Assembly (NCBI GenBank): GCA_036012755.1
Contig: DASCPX010000127.1
Coordinates: 64,001-128,000, forward strand
From: Myxococcota bacterium
GTDB lineage: Bacteria; Myxococcota_A; UBA796; CAJQPC01
Length of the DNA stretch: 64,000 bases
Reading direction: 5' to 3'
The notes below the pieces were generated by a model that worked only from the letters and a program-made list of their open reading frames with translations, was not told the origin of the DNA and searched no databases. Position 1 is the first letter of the stretch; each line of letters opens with the position of its first letter. Shown piece after piece: positions 1-8,604 of the stretch. The translations under genes and the position numbers were made by a program.

Positions 1-722
1 CAGCCGTGCTCCAGCGCCGAGTAGTCAGTGCCGTCCTCATAGGTGGTGTGGTCCGCGAGCAGGCCCTTGCCTTCGACGTCGTCGTCCAGGTAGTCGTCGG
101 TCCCCTGCGAGTAGGCGATGCCGCCGCGGAGGAACTTGTCGAGGAGCTGGCGGTAGTCCCTCCCCTCCGGGCTCACGAACACGCTGGCGATGGGCTCGCC
201 GTCCGGGTCGAGGGGGATGGCACCGGCCGTCCGATCGGCAGCGAGGGCGTCGATCTCGGTGAACCAGAGCCTCACGAGGCTCTCTGGGGTGGTCACGCCA
301 TCGGCGTCCCAGCCGACGAAGGCGGTGCTCCAGTCCTCGTGCTGACCGGTGGCGTCGTTGCCTGCGAGCTTCCCGACGAGATCCTTGTCACCAGAGATGT
401 CGTCGTAGGTGGTCTGCAGCGTCGCCGGGTCGGTGCTCCGGCCGTGCGTGAGCGAGCCCGAGGTGCTGCTGTCGAACTCGAAGTAGAAGGCCAGGTCTGC
501 CTCGATGTCACCCTGGGCTGGGTAGATCTCGCCGTTGTCGATGCGCTCGGTGAGGCCGTCGAGGTAGAGCTTCGTGTCGTCGATCAACAGCTGGCGGAGG
601 ACCTGGCCGCTGTAGCTCGCGTTGTCGAAGCCGTAGCCCTCGACCTGGGCAATGCCCGTGTCGTCGAGGGTGGCGGAGTCGTCGATGGGGGTCTCACCGA
701 CACACGCCAGAACAAAGAGCAT
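1..722 (-). CDS. DUF4856-like iron-regulated lipoprotein (partial, runs off the left edge; not in the ORF track)
   Basis: Manual translation from ATG 722: MLFVLAC...SYSGQVLRQLLI...DYRQLLDKFLRGGIAYSQGTDDYL...SALEHGW. These motifs resemble DUF4856. GAGAGG SD upstream; frame open to the edge. Confidence 0.7.
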   Translation of the reverse strand, partial: MLFVLACVGETPIDDSATLDDTGIAQVEGYGFDNASYSGQVLRQLLIDDTKLYLDGLTERIDNGEIYPAQGDIEADLAFYFEFDSSTSGSLTHGRSTDPATLQTTYDDISGDKDLVGKLAGNDATGQHEDWSTAFVGWDADGVTTPESLVRLWFTEIDALAADRTAGAIPLDPDGEPIASVFVSPEGRDYRQLLDKFLRGGIAYSQGTDDYLDDDVEGKGLLADHTTYEDGTDYSALEHG

Positions 723-738
723 CGCTGCCTCTCTTGAT

Positions 739-757
739 ATTGATATTCGTTTTCAAT
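739..757. promoter_or_regulatory. Fur-box-like palindrome
   Basis: AT-rich 19-mer ATTGATATTCGTTTTCAAT (TTGA-N9-TCAA dyad) in a high-GC background, 17 bp upstream of the DUF4856-like start. Confidence 0.65.
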
Positions 758-891
758 TAGGGCACGGAACCTATCTCCGTGCGGCCCACCTCGCACGAAA
801 AAAACAAGCAAGGCGCCCGCGTGACGACCTGCGTGTCACCGATAGGCGACACTTTGTGCTCCAAGTGCCTGAGATCCCGTGCACTCGGAGT

Positions 892-907
892 CGGCACGGG
901 CGGTGCA
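892..907 (+). promoter_or_regulatory. sigma54 (-24/-12) promoter
   Basis: cGGCACGggcggtGCa = GG-N10-GC, 40 bp upstream of ATG 947; IHF-like site at 862-874 and dyad at 833-852 further upstream. Confidence 0.55.
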
Positions 908-946
908 ACAGCAGTGGGCAGCCCAACAACGACCCGGAGCCCACAG

Positions 947-1438
947 ATGTCCCTTCTCATCGCAATCCTGTCCGCGAACGACGCCTCCGCCGCAGAGAGC
1001 TCACCCTACGTCTCGACCCGAGCCACCACAGCCGCATCCGCTGGTGGCGAGGGGCTGGCCTTCCTCGGCTCCGTCGGCTTCGGCGCCGAGTGGGACAACG
1101 GCCAGAGCCTGGGCATGCGCTTCATCGGCGTGCCGAATCCCCCTGACACCCTCTGGCTGAAGCCTGGCCCCTATGCCGCCGGGCCCGCCATCGACTGGCG
1201 CTGGTACATCCCGGTCACCGACCACTTCGACATGTACCCGGCTGCGTCCTTCGGAGTGCTCTATGCACCCGAGCGGGGCACGAACCGCAACCTCCTTCTG
1301 CCGGTGGCGGAGGGTGGCTTCGGCACCCGCTTCAAGCTGACTGGCGAGCAAGGCTCCGTGTGGTTCGCCCCCGAGTTCGACATCGTCCCGCTCGCCGCGG
1401 CCGCGGCGGTGAGCGCCAACTTCGGCATGACCTTCTGA
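947..1438 (+). CDS. small outer-membrane beta-barrel-like secreted protein
   Basis: ATG 947 with GGAG SD, signal-like N-terminus, amphipathic beta strands, terminal Phe (NFGMTF). Confidence 0.55.
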   Translation: MSLLIAILSANDASAAESSPYVSTRATTAASAGGEGLAFLGSVGFGAEWDNGQSLGMRFIGVPNPPDTLWLKPGPYAAGPAIDWRWYIPVTDHFDMYPAASFGVLYAPERGTNRNLLLPVAEGGFGTRFKLTGEQGSVWFAPEFDIVPLAAAAAVSANFGMTF

Positions 1439-1460
1439 GGCGCTCGGTTACCCGGGGTCG

Positions 1461-2558
1461 ATGGACCTCCACTCCCTGCGCGAGGAGCTCGACGACCTCG
1501 ACGCCCGGCTGATGGCAACCGCCGCCCGACGCATCGCCGTCGTGCGGCGGATCGGCGCCCTGAAGGCGGGCGAGGACCGGCCCGTCTTCGACCGCGGCCG
1601 CGAACAAGACGTCTACCTGCGGGCTCGAGCCACCGCCGAGACTGTCGGGCTCGACCCCAAGGTCGGCGAGGCGCTGCTCCAGACCCTCGTCGACGCCGGC
1701 CATGGCCTGCAGGAGGAGCTCCAACCAGAGAGCGACAGCCAGCACTTCTGCATCGTCGGCGGGGGCGGCCGCATGGGCTCGCGCATCCGCCGAGAGCTGG
1801 AGGGACGTGGCCACCGGGTGGACTCCGTCGAGCGCGGCGACCCCCTGTCCGACCTCGGCGAGGCGGACATCGTGATGCTCGCCGTGCCCATGTCCGCCGC
1901 CGCGGTGGTGGCTCGCGAGGTCGGCACCTTCATGCGCCCGGACGCCCTGCTCTGCGACATCAACTCGCTGAAGTCCGAGGTCTGCGCGGCGATGTCCGAG
2001 TCCTTCGCCGGCGAGGTGCTCGGGCTCCACCCGATGTTCGGCCCCTCGGTCCACACCTTCCGCCGCCAGAAGGTGGTCGTGTGTCGGGTCCGCACCGGCC
2101 CTCGGGCCCGCTGGCTGATCGCAGAGCTCGGCCGCCTCGGCATGGAGCGCATCGAAGCGGAGCCCACCGAGCACGACCGAATGATGGCGAACGTGCAGGT
2201 GCTGACTCACTTCTCGACGATCGTGATGGGCGATGCGCTGCGGCGCACGGGGGTCTCTGTGCGGCGCTCCCTGGCCTTCACATCGCCGATCTACAGGCTC
2301 GAGCTCGCCTTCGTCGGGCGGCTCTTCGCCCAGAACCCGGACCTCTACGCCGAGATCGAGATGTCGAACCCCCACGGCGACGAGGTCCGCGCCGGATTCC
2401 GGGAGGCCGCAGCCGAGCTGATGGAGATCCTGGCCCGCGGCGACCGCGAGGCCTTCCGAGCGCGCTTCTCCGAGATCGGCGAGCACTTCGAGGGCTTCGA
2501 CGAGGAGGCCATGCGCCTCTCTGATCTGCTGATCGACACCCTGGCCGCCCGCCCCTGA
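1461..2558 (+). CDS. tyrA: bifunctional chorismate mutase/prephenate dehydrogenase
   Basis: N-terminal CM (LREELDDLD...RR...IGALK...DRGRE), GGGGRMG NAD site, DINSLK, LHPMFGP, EHDRMMA. Confidence 0.92.
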   Translation: MDLHSLREELDDLDARLMATAARRIAVVRRIGALKAGEDRPVFDRGREQDVYLRARATAETVGLDPKVGEALLQTLVDAGHGLQEELQPESDSQHFCIVGGGGRMGSRIRRELEGRGHRVDSVERGDPLSDLGEADIVMLAVPMSAAAVVAREVGTFMRPDALLCDINSLKSEVCAAMSESFAGEVLGLHPMFGPSVHTFRRQKVVVCRVRTGPRARWLIAELGRLGMERIEAEPTEHDRMMANVQVLTHFSTIVMGDALRRTGVSVRRSLAFTSPIYRLELAFVGRLFAQNPDLYAEIEMSNPHGDEVRAGFREAAAELMEILARGDREAFRARFSEIGEHFEGFDEEAMRLSDLLIDTLAARP

Positions 2559-2562
2559 ACCC

Positions 2563-3279
2563 CTACGGCTCGTCTTTCTTCTTCCGAGGGATGCGAATGC
2601 GCCCCTCGTCCGCGAAGCCGAAGAGGTCGTCGGGCCCAGCTGCAGGGCCCGGCGGCGTCCTGCGGATGGGCGGCTTCGGCGGGGCCTCGGGCGCCGCCTC
2701 CGGTGTCTCCTCCGGGGGGGTCTCCACCGGCCGGCTCTTGGGACCCGTCGCGCTGGTCCGACGCATGCGAAAGCGACCGCCCTGGCCCCGGGTGCCGGTG
2801 CTCTTCCGCTCTTCGGCTTCCACCCGACCACGCTCTTCGACCGCCTCTTGCGCCTTCTTCTGGGCTTCCAGCCGATGCTGGATGGCCGGGTCGATGGCCG
2901 GCGCGGGCTCGCTCGGAGCAGGTTTCGCTGCGGCCGCTGGCTTAGGAGGCGGCTTGGGCGGCGCCTTTGGCACGCCGCTCGGTTTGAAGCTGCCTGCCCC
3001 CTCTCGCTTGCGATTGGGGTCACGCACCCGCGAGTGCGGCGCCGGACGCCGTCGCTCGGAGAGCTTCAGGGAGACCGGCCCGAGACCGGGACCCGGGTCC
3101 GAGCTTGCCTTTGGTTCGTAGGGATCCGGCAGCCCGAGTCGAGCGAAGAGCCTGCGCCTCCTGGCAGCTCCGGGAGCATCGTCGCGGCGCGCACCTACTC
3201 GCTCCAGCAGGCGCTCGCCGAGCAGCTTGCGGGGGGTGAGCGTTGCGAGGACGTCCTTGGCTTTGTCGTCTTCAGCCAC
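2563..3279 (-). CDS. hypothetical Pro/Lys/Arg-rich low-complexity protein
   Basis: GC3-biased ORF filling the gap between tyrA and the SRPBCC gene; no family recognised. Confidence 0.55.
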   Translation of the reverse strand: MAEDDKAKDVLATLTPRKLLGERLLERVGARRDDAPGAARRRRLFARLGLPDPYEPKASSDPGPGLGPVSLKLSERRRPAPHSRVRDPNRKREGAGSFKPSGVPKAPPKPPPKPAAAAKPAPSEPAPAIDPAIQHRLEAQKKAQEAVEERGRVEAEERKSTGTRGQGGRFRMRRTSATGPKSRPVETPPEETPEAAPEAPPKPPIRRTPPGPAAGPDDLFGFADEGRIRIPRKKKDEP

Positions 3280-3838
3280 CAGGGGAATCTACCGCGCGAG
3301 CCGCCACCAGCCGAACCATTGCGGGGAGCCCGGCATCAGCGGCCTTGCGATGGACGAAGACCGGGATCCACCACGCCGTGTCCGCCTGGGCGCGGTAGAT
3401 CAACAGAACACGGTCCGCGTCCCAGGCCCTCACCTCCCAGCTGCCCGCCGACCGCCGCATCGGCGATGAGCCCTCGGGTTGCATCTCCCAGGTCATCACG
3501 TCGCCGTCGCGCCGAGCGTCCGTGACGTACCGCGTGACGACCCCCTTCGCCGTGAGCTCCATGCCCCAGCGCCACGTGCCCTCGCCGAGCTCGTCGGGAC
3601 TCGCGAGCACGTAGGAGGCCGTGACGTAGGGCAGGAACTCCACGTAGGCCCCGAAGCCCTCGATGACGGCCCAGACCTCCGCGGACGAAGCCTCCACCAG
3701 GATCATGCTCGTGCCCTCCGAGGCGCCGCGAGCGCTCTCCTGGCGAAGGACGACCTCGCCCCGCTCCAGGGCCGCGCGCTCGGTCGACGTCGGCTCGGCG
3801 GAGGCGCTGGCGCCCAGGAGGAGAGCAAGCCAGCGCAT
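3272..3838 (-). CDS. SRPBCC/START-like secreted protein
   Basis: ATGA-coupled start at 3838 (MRWLALLLGASASA); VEASSAEVWAVIEGFGAYVEFLPYV and GSWEV motifs. Confidence 0.75.
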   Translation of the reverse strand: MRWLALLLGASASAEPTSTERAALERGEVVLRQESARGASEGTSMILVEASSAEVWAVIEGFGAYVEFLPYVTASYVLASPDELGEGTWRWGMELTAKGVVTRYVTDARRDGDVMTWEMQPEGSSPMRRSAGSWEVRAWDADRVLLIYRAQADTAWWIPVFVHRKAADAGLPAMVRLVAARAVDSPGG

Positions 3839-6333
3839 CAGGCGACCACGACCTCGACGCCCGCATGCAGGCGCTCCGACAACGCTCGTCGCACGTCCTC
3901 TGCGCTGAGGGCCCGAATCTCGGCGGCGACCTGTTCGCGCGCGGCCACCGCGTCGAGGCCGTAGCGCTCCCAGTACGCCAGCTCCATGGCCCTGCTCTCC
4001 GAGCGCTGGCGGTACATGTCCATGCCGCCGAGGACCACCCTCTTGCTCCGCGCGAGCTCCTCGGCCGTCGGCCCGACCTCGCTGAGCTCGCCGATGACCT
4101 GGCGCAAGCCGCTCACGCCCTCGTCGACACGCCGCGGGTCCAGTCCCATCCCGGCACAGAACAGCCCGGTGTCGATGCCGTCGACCGAGTCGGCGTGGAC
4201 CCCATAGGCGAGCCCGCGCCGATCGCGGAGCTCCAGGAAGAGCCGTCCCCCCTGACCCGCGAGGATCGACGCCGCCAGGTTCAGCGCCGCCGCATCGGGG
4301 GTGCCGAAGCACGCGCCGCGCCAGGCGAGCACGATCGCGGCCTGCTCCCGGTCCGACTCGATGTCTTCTGCCTCGTCCGCGCTCGGCCACACCGGAGCAC
4401 AGCGATCCGGCAGCGCGGCAGGTCCACTCGCCAGCCCCCGCAACCCCTTGTTCAGCAGCCGCATCACCTCGGCCGGCTCTACCGTGCCGACCACCGCGAA
4501 GACGAGGTTCTCCCCCGAGACGAGCTCGCGATGCATGCGCCGGACGCTCGCGACGCCGAGGCGGGCGAGCCCCTCGAGCGAGCCCCCTTCTGGCAGGGCG
4601 TAGGGGTGGCCGCCGAAGAGAAGTCGGCACGCAGCGTGCCAGGCCAGGGTGCCCGGCTCGTCGACGACCAGCGCGGCGGCCTCGCGCAGCTCCGCCCGAG
4701 CCCGAACGACCTCGTCCCGGGGAAACGTCGGAGCCCGGAGCAGCCCACAGCACACCCGCGCGGCGTCATCGAAGCGCTCGGCGGGGAACTCGGTGCGGAG
4801 TCCGAAGCTGTTCATGCCGGCGACTCCACCGAGCGCACCGCCCCGAGCATCGAGGAACGCCGCCAGCTCCGCCACGTCGAGGTCCTCCAGGCCGACGCTG
4901 CGGGCCCAGAGCGAGGTGAGCCCGCAAGTCGTGGGGCCCTCGGCCAGCAGACCTCCGAGCCCGCAGACCCTGAGCGCCACGACCCCGGAGTGCTCCAGCG
5001 GCTCGATGAGCACGGTGGCCCCGCAGTCCAGGGTCTCGCGGAGAATGCTCGGAGGGCGCTTGGGTGGCGCAATGCGGGGGAAGGCGAGCGCCTGCCGGAA
5101 GCTGGCTGCGTCCAGCTCCCCCGATGGCACCAGGCCCCCAGCGACCATCGAGCCAGGCCGGATTCGCTCCGCGGCGACGCGCCGCAGGTCCCGGGTGGTG
5201 ACGGCCTCGAGCTTCGCTTGTGCCCGGGTGTGGCCTTCCGGATCTCCGCTCCGCATCGTGTGCCAGGCCCGTGAGTGGGCGCGGCCATCGACGGTCTCCT
5301 GCACGAAGACGCGCCCGCTCAGGAGCTGGGTCCGGGAACGATGGAGGTTCCCGAAGCCCAGGTGTCGACCCCCGGCGACCTCGGCGAGGACCCTGGCCGC
5401 CTCGCGCAGACAGGCCTCCGTCTGTCCCCTGAGCGGCGAGAAGCCCACCAGGAAGGAGCCATCGTCGGGCTCCTGCTCGCTGGCGCACCAGGTCTCGGTG
5501 GCCAGGCTGGCGAGCTGCAGACGCTGGCCGAGCAGCGACCCCGGCGAGCCGGCCAGGATGCCCACCAGCAGGTCCAGGACCGGTGCGTCCGGGTGATCCC
5601 GCGGGACCCCTCGAAAGGCGAGCTCGATCATCGGCTCGTCGAAGCGGCCGAAGAGCAGGACCGTGCGCCGCCGCCGCTGCTCGGGCTCGACCGGACGAGG
5701 GGGCTTGTCGATCGCGGACACGGCCCCAGGGAACAGGCGCCCGGCGGTCTCCAGGACGTCCTCTTCCGAGACAGGCCCCGCCACGCTCAGGAGCATGTTC
5801 GCGGGGCGGTACCACCGGGCGTGGAAGGCCCGGGCGTCCGCAGAGCGCAGGCGCCTGAGCTCTGCCACCTTGCCGATGACCGGTCGCCCGTATGGATGGA
5901 CCCTGAACAACGCAGCGCTGACCCCATCGGCCAGCGCCCGGGCGGCGTCGTCGTCGCCGCCGCGGATCTCGTCGAGGATCACCTCCCGCTCCAGCTCGAA
6001 CTCGTCGTCGTCGAAGAGCGGCTCGACGGCCATGTCGGCGAGCACATCGATGGTCTCGGCCCAGGCGCTCGCAGGCACCGTCGCGTGGACCACCGTGTGA
6101 TCGTGCCCGGTGTAGGCGTTGACATGCCCCCCGTGGCCCTCGATCTCCAGCGCGACCTCGCCGACGGAACGACGCGCGGTCCCCTTGAAGAGCATGTGCT
6201 CGACGAAGTGCGCAGCGCCACGCTCGTTGTCGCGCTCGTCCGCACTGCCCGCGTCGATCCACAAGTAGATCGCCGCGACCGGCGACGGGACGGTCTCGAC
6301 GAGGACGCGCAAGCCGGAGGGGGTCTCGAGCAC
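3838..6333 (-). CDS. M16 (pitrilysin-family) zinc peptidase, two halves fused
   Basis: GAAHFVEHMLFKGT inverted zincin motif, NAYT, HPYGRP, RLFLELRDRRGLAYGV. Confidence 0.92.
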   Translation of the reverse strand: MLETPSGLRVLVETVPSPVAAIYLWIDAGSADERDNERGAAHFVEHMLFKGTARRSVGEVALEIEGHGGHVNAYTGHDHTVVHATVPASAWAETIDVLADMAVEPLFDDDEFELEREVILDEIRGGDDDAARALADGVSAALFRVHPYGRPVIGKVAELRRLRSADARAFHARWYRPANMLLSVAGPVSEEDVLETAGRLFPGAVSAIDKPPRPVEPEQRRRRTVLLFGRFDEPMIELAFRGVPRDHPDAPVLDLLVGILAGSPGSLLGQRLQLASLATETWCASEQEPDDGSFLVGFSPLRGQTEACLREAARVLAEVAGGRHLGFGNLHRSRTQLLSGRVFVQETVDGRAHSRAWHTMRSGDPEGHTRAQAKLEAVTTRDLRRVAAERIRPGSMVAGGLVPSGELDAASFRQALAFPRIAPPKRPPSILRETLDCGATVLIEPLEHSGVVALRVCGLGGLLAEGPTTCGLTSLWARSVGLEDLDVAELAAFLDARGGALGGVAGMNSFGLRTEFPAERFDDAARVCCGLLRAPTFPRDEVVRARAELREAAALVVDEPGTLAWHAACRLLFGGHPYALPEGGSLEGLARLGVASVRRMHRELVSGENLVFAVVGTVEPAEVMRLLNKGLRGLASGPAALPDRCAPVWPSADEAEDIESDREQAAIVLAWRGACFGTPDAAALNLAASILAGQGGRLFLELRDRRGLAYGVHADSVDGIDTGLFCAGMGLDPRRVDEGVSGLRQVIGELSEVGPTAEELARSKRVVLGGMDMYRQRSESRAMELAYWERYGLDAVAAREQVAAEIRALSAEDVRRALSERLHAGVEVVVA

Positions 6334-6356
6334 AGCCCGCCGCTATAACCAAGCGG

Positions 6357-7424
6357 ATGAGCCGATACGGCGTCTACGTCCACCTCCCCTGGTGCGCTCG
6401 GCGCTGCCACTACTGCAGCTTCAACGTCCACGTCGACCCCAGTAGGGACGAGGAGGCCTACACCGAGGCGGTCCTGAGGCAGTGGGAGACGCTCCGTGAG
6501 CACTTCTCCGGGCCCCCCGAGACCCTCGCCTTCGGTGGGGGAACCCCGAGCCTCCATCCGCCGCGGCTCCTCGGGCGGCTGGTGGACGCCATCGCACCTG
6601 CCGGCGAGATCAGCCTGGAGGCCAACCCCGAGTCGATGAACACCGATGCGTGGCTGGCGCTCGGGATCACGCGGGTCTCGCTGGGGGTGCAGACCTTCGA
6701 CCCGCGGCAGGTGCGCTTCCTGAACCGCCACCGCCCCGAACATGCACAGCGGGCGCTGGAGGCGGTCAAGCGCTTCCCGACCTGGTCGGTGGACCTCATC
6801 TTCGGGCTCCCCGACCAGGAACTCGGCGATCTCGACGTGGAGCTCGACAGGTTGCTGGCGCACGATCCACCGCACGCGAGCCTCTACGGCCTGACGGTGC
6901 ACCCCGGGACCGCGTTCTCCGCCGCCGTCGCCCGGGGCCAGCTCCAGCCGGCCGGAGACGATCGCTACGTCGACCTCTATGAGCGAGCCGCAGAGCGCCT
7001 CGAGGACGCGGGGCTCGCTCGGTACGAGGTCTCCAACTTCGCTCGGGTGGGCCACCGCTCCGCGCACAACCTCCACTACTGGACGATGAGGCCCTACGCG
7101 GGGCTGGGGGCTGGAGCCCACGGTCTCCTCCCAGACGGCAGGCGCACGGTGGGCACGGCGGACCCACGGGCCTTCATCGCGGACCCGTTGGACATGCTCG
7201 TCGAGACGCCCACACCGGACCAGGTCGCCGTCGATCAGCTGCTGTCCTGCATTCGCCTCAGGGAAGGCACCTCGAGCGCAAACTTCGACGAGGCGGTCCT
7301 CGCCGAGCTCGCGGCGGCTGGACTGGTGGCTGTGGACTCCCACGTCCGGCTGGTCGGCCCCGGCTGGGCTCTCGCGGACGCCGTGACGAGGCGATTGGCG
7401 TCCGCAATAGTGGAGCCGTCTTGA
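6357..7424 (+). CDS. hemW: radical SAM heme chaperone HemW (HemN-like)
   Basis: YVHLPWCARRCHYCSFN, FGGGTPS, YEVSNFA, HNLHYW, YAGLGAGAHG. Confidence 0.88.
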   Translation: MSRYGVYVHLPWCARRCHYCSFNVHVDPSRDEEAYTEAVLRQWETLREHFSGPPETLAFGGGTPSLHPPRLLGRLVDAIAPAGEISLEANPESMNTDAWLALGITRVSLGVQTFDPRQVRFLNRHRPEHAQRALEAVKRFPTWSVDLIFGLPDQELGDLDVELDRLLAHDPPHASLYGLTVHPGTAFSAAVARGQLQPAGDDRYVDLYERAAERLEDAGLARYEVSNFARVGHRSAHNLHYWTMRPYAGLGAGAHGLLPDGRRTVGTADPRAFIADPLDMLVETPTPDQVAVDQLLSCIRLREGTSSANFDEAVLAELAAAGLVAVDSHVRLVGPGWALADAVTRRLASAIVEPS

Positions 7425-7477
7425 CCTGATCGTGCCTGCCCGCAATCATTCGGTCTTCGCGGAGAGTTCGACGAGCC

Positions 7478-8557
7478 GTGTCCGGCGACGACAAGCAAGA
7501 AAAGGCGGAGGACTTCTCGCTGAACCTCAGCGAGAACCTGCTCGCAGCAGCTGTGGAAGCCGTCGAGAAACGAATGGGCAAGGAAGGCGACGACGAAGAC
7601 GGGGAGACCCTCGACGTCGAACTCACCGAGAGCGAGGGCGATGACGAAGTCGACATCGACATCGACATCGACGCGGAGGACTCCCTGGATCTGGAGGCCG
7701 CCGTGAGCGCGGCAGCCACGAGCGCAGAGACCTTCGAGGAAGAAGAGGACGAGGACGTCGAGGACGTCGAGGACGAGGACTCCGAGCACCTCGTCGACGC
7801 AGAGCGGCTCCAGATGCTCGCACAGCTGGAGAGCCTCGAGGCCGGAAGGGACAGCGCCGTCGCCGCCCTCGAGCACAAGGAAAAGGAGGTCGAGCACCTC
7901 CGCAGCGTCGCCGAGAAGCTGCAGGCCGAGATCGGCCGCGTCAAGGAGCTCAACCTCAAGATGAGCGTCCGCAGGAAGCGGATGAAGGAGGGCTACGAGC
8001 GCCAACGGATACGCCACGAGGACGCCCTGGCGACGGTCCGAAAGTGGGAGGAGCTGCTGGGAGCCGCCCGCGGGACCATTCGCGCCCAGGAGGACGAGCA
8101 GCATCGAACGCGCCTCAGGCATCAGCGCGAGATCGAGGAGACGAAGATCTTCGGAAACGAGGGCTTCTTCCGCGAGCTCCTGCCCGTGCTCGATCACATG
8201 GACCTCGCGCTGGCCCATGCCGACGACACGCCTCCTCAGAAGATGGTCGAGGGCGTGAACATGATCTACGCCCAACTGAAGGGCATGCTGCACCGAATGG
8301 GCCTCCAGAAGGTCGATCCGAAGCGCGGCGACCCCTTCGATCCGAAGGTGCACGAAGCGATGACGCACCTGGTGTGCGAGGATCTCGAGGCTGGAGCGGT
8401 CGTCGAGGCCCTCCAGACCGGGTTCCTCCTGCGGGACCGACTCATCCGCGCAGCCAGGGTCAGTGTGTCCAGCGGAACCGGTCTGGATGAAGAGCCGGTC
8501 GTACTTCAGAGCGAGGTCTCAGACACGGATGTCGAAGCCCACGCGAACGAGGAGTAG
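7478..8557 (+). CDS. grpE: nucleotide exchange factor GrpE with long acidic/coiled-coil N-terminal extension
   Basis: ELLPVLDHMDLAL, GDPFDPKVHEAM, GFLLRDRLIRAARVSVS; directly upstream of dnaK. Confidence 0.85.
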   Translation: MSGDDKQEKAEDFSLNLSENLLAAAVEAVEKRMGKEGDDEDGETLDVELTESEGDDEVDIDIDIDAEDSLDLEAAVSAAATSAETFEEEEDEDVEDVEDEDSEHLVDAERLQMLAQLESLEAGRDSAVAALEHKEKEVEHLRSVAEKLQAEIGRVKELNLKMSVRRKRMKEGYERQRIRHEDALATVRKWEELLGAARGTIRAQEDEQHRTRLRHQREIEETKIFGNEGFFRELLPVLDHMDLALAHADDTPPQKMVEGVNMIYAQLKGMLHRMGLQKVDPKRGDPFDPKVHEAMTHLVCEDLEAGAVVEALQTGFLLRDRLIRAARVSVSSGTGLDEEPVVLQSEVSDTDVEAHANEE

Positions 8558-8604
8558 GGCCGGGCGATCTGGTAGTCTCCGGGGCGTTTCACATCGGGGA
8601 GAAC

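Noticed and set aside
6..737. 243-aa plus-strand ORF and the many other long antisense/alternate-frame ORFs (e.g. 1332-3023, 29710-31542, 46186-48255)
   Set aside because: Shadows of real genes in high-GC DNA; Arg/Pro/Ala-rich with no motifs
7425..8604. CIRCE or sigma32 promoter before grpE/dnaK
   Set aside because: No TTAGCACTC-N9-GAGTGCTAA or convincing sigma32 boxes found
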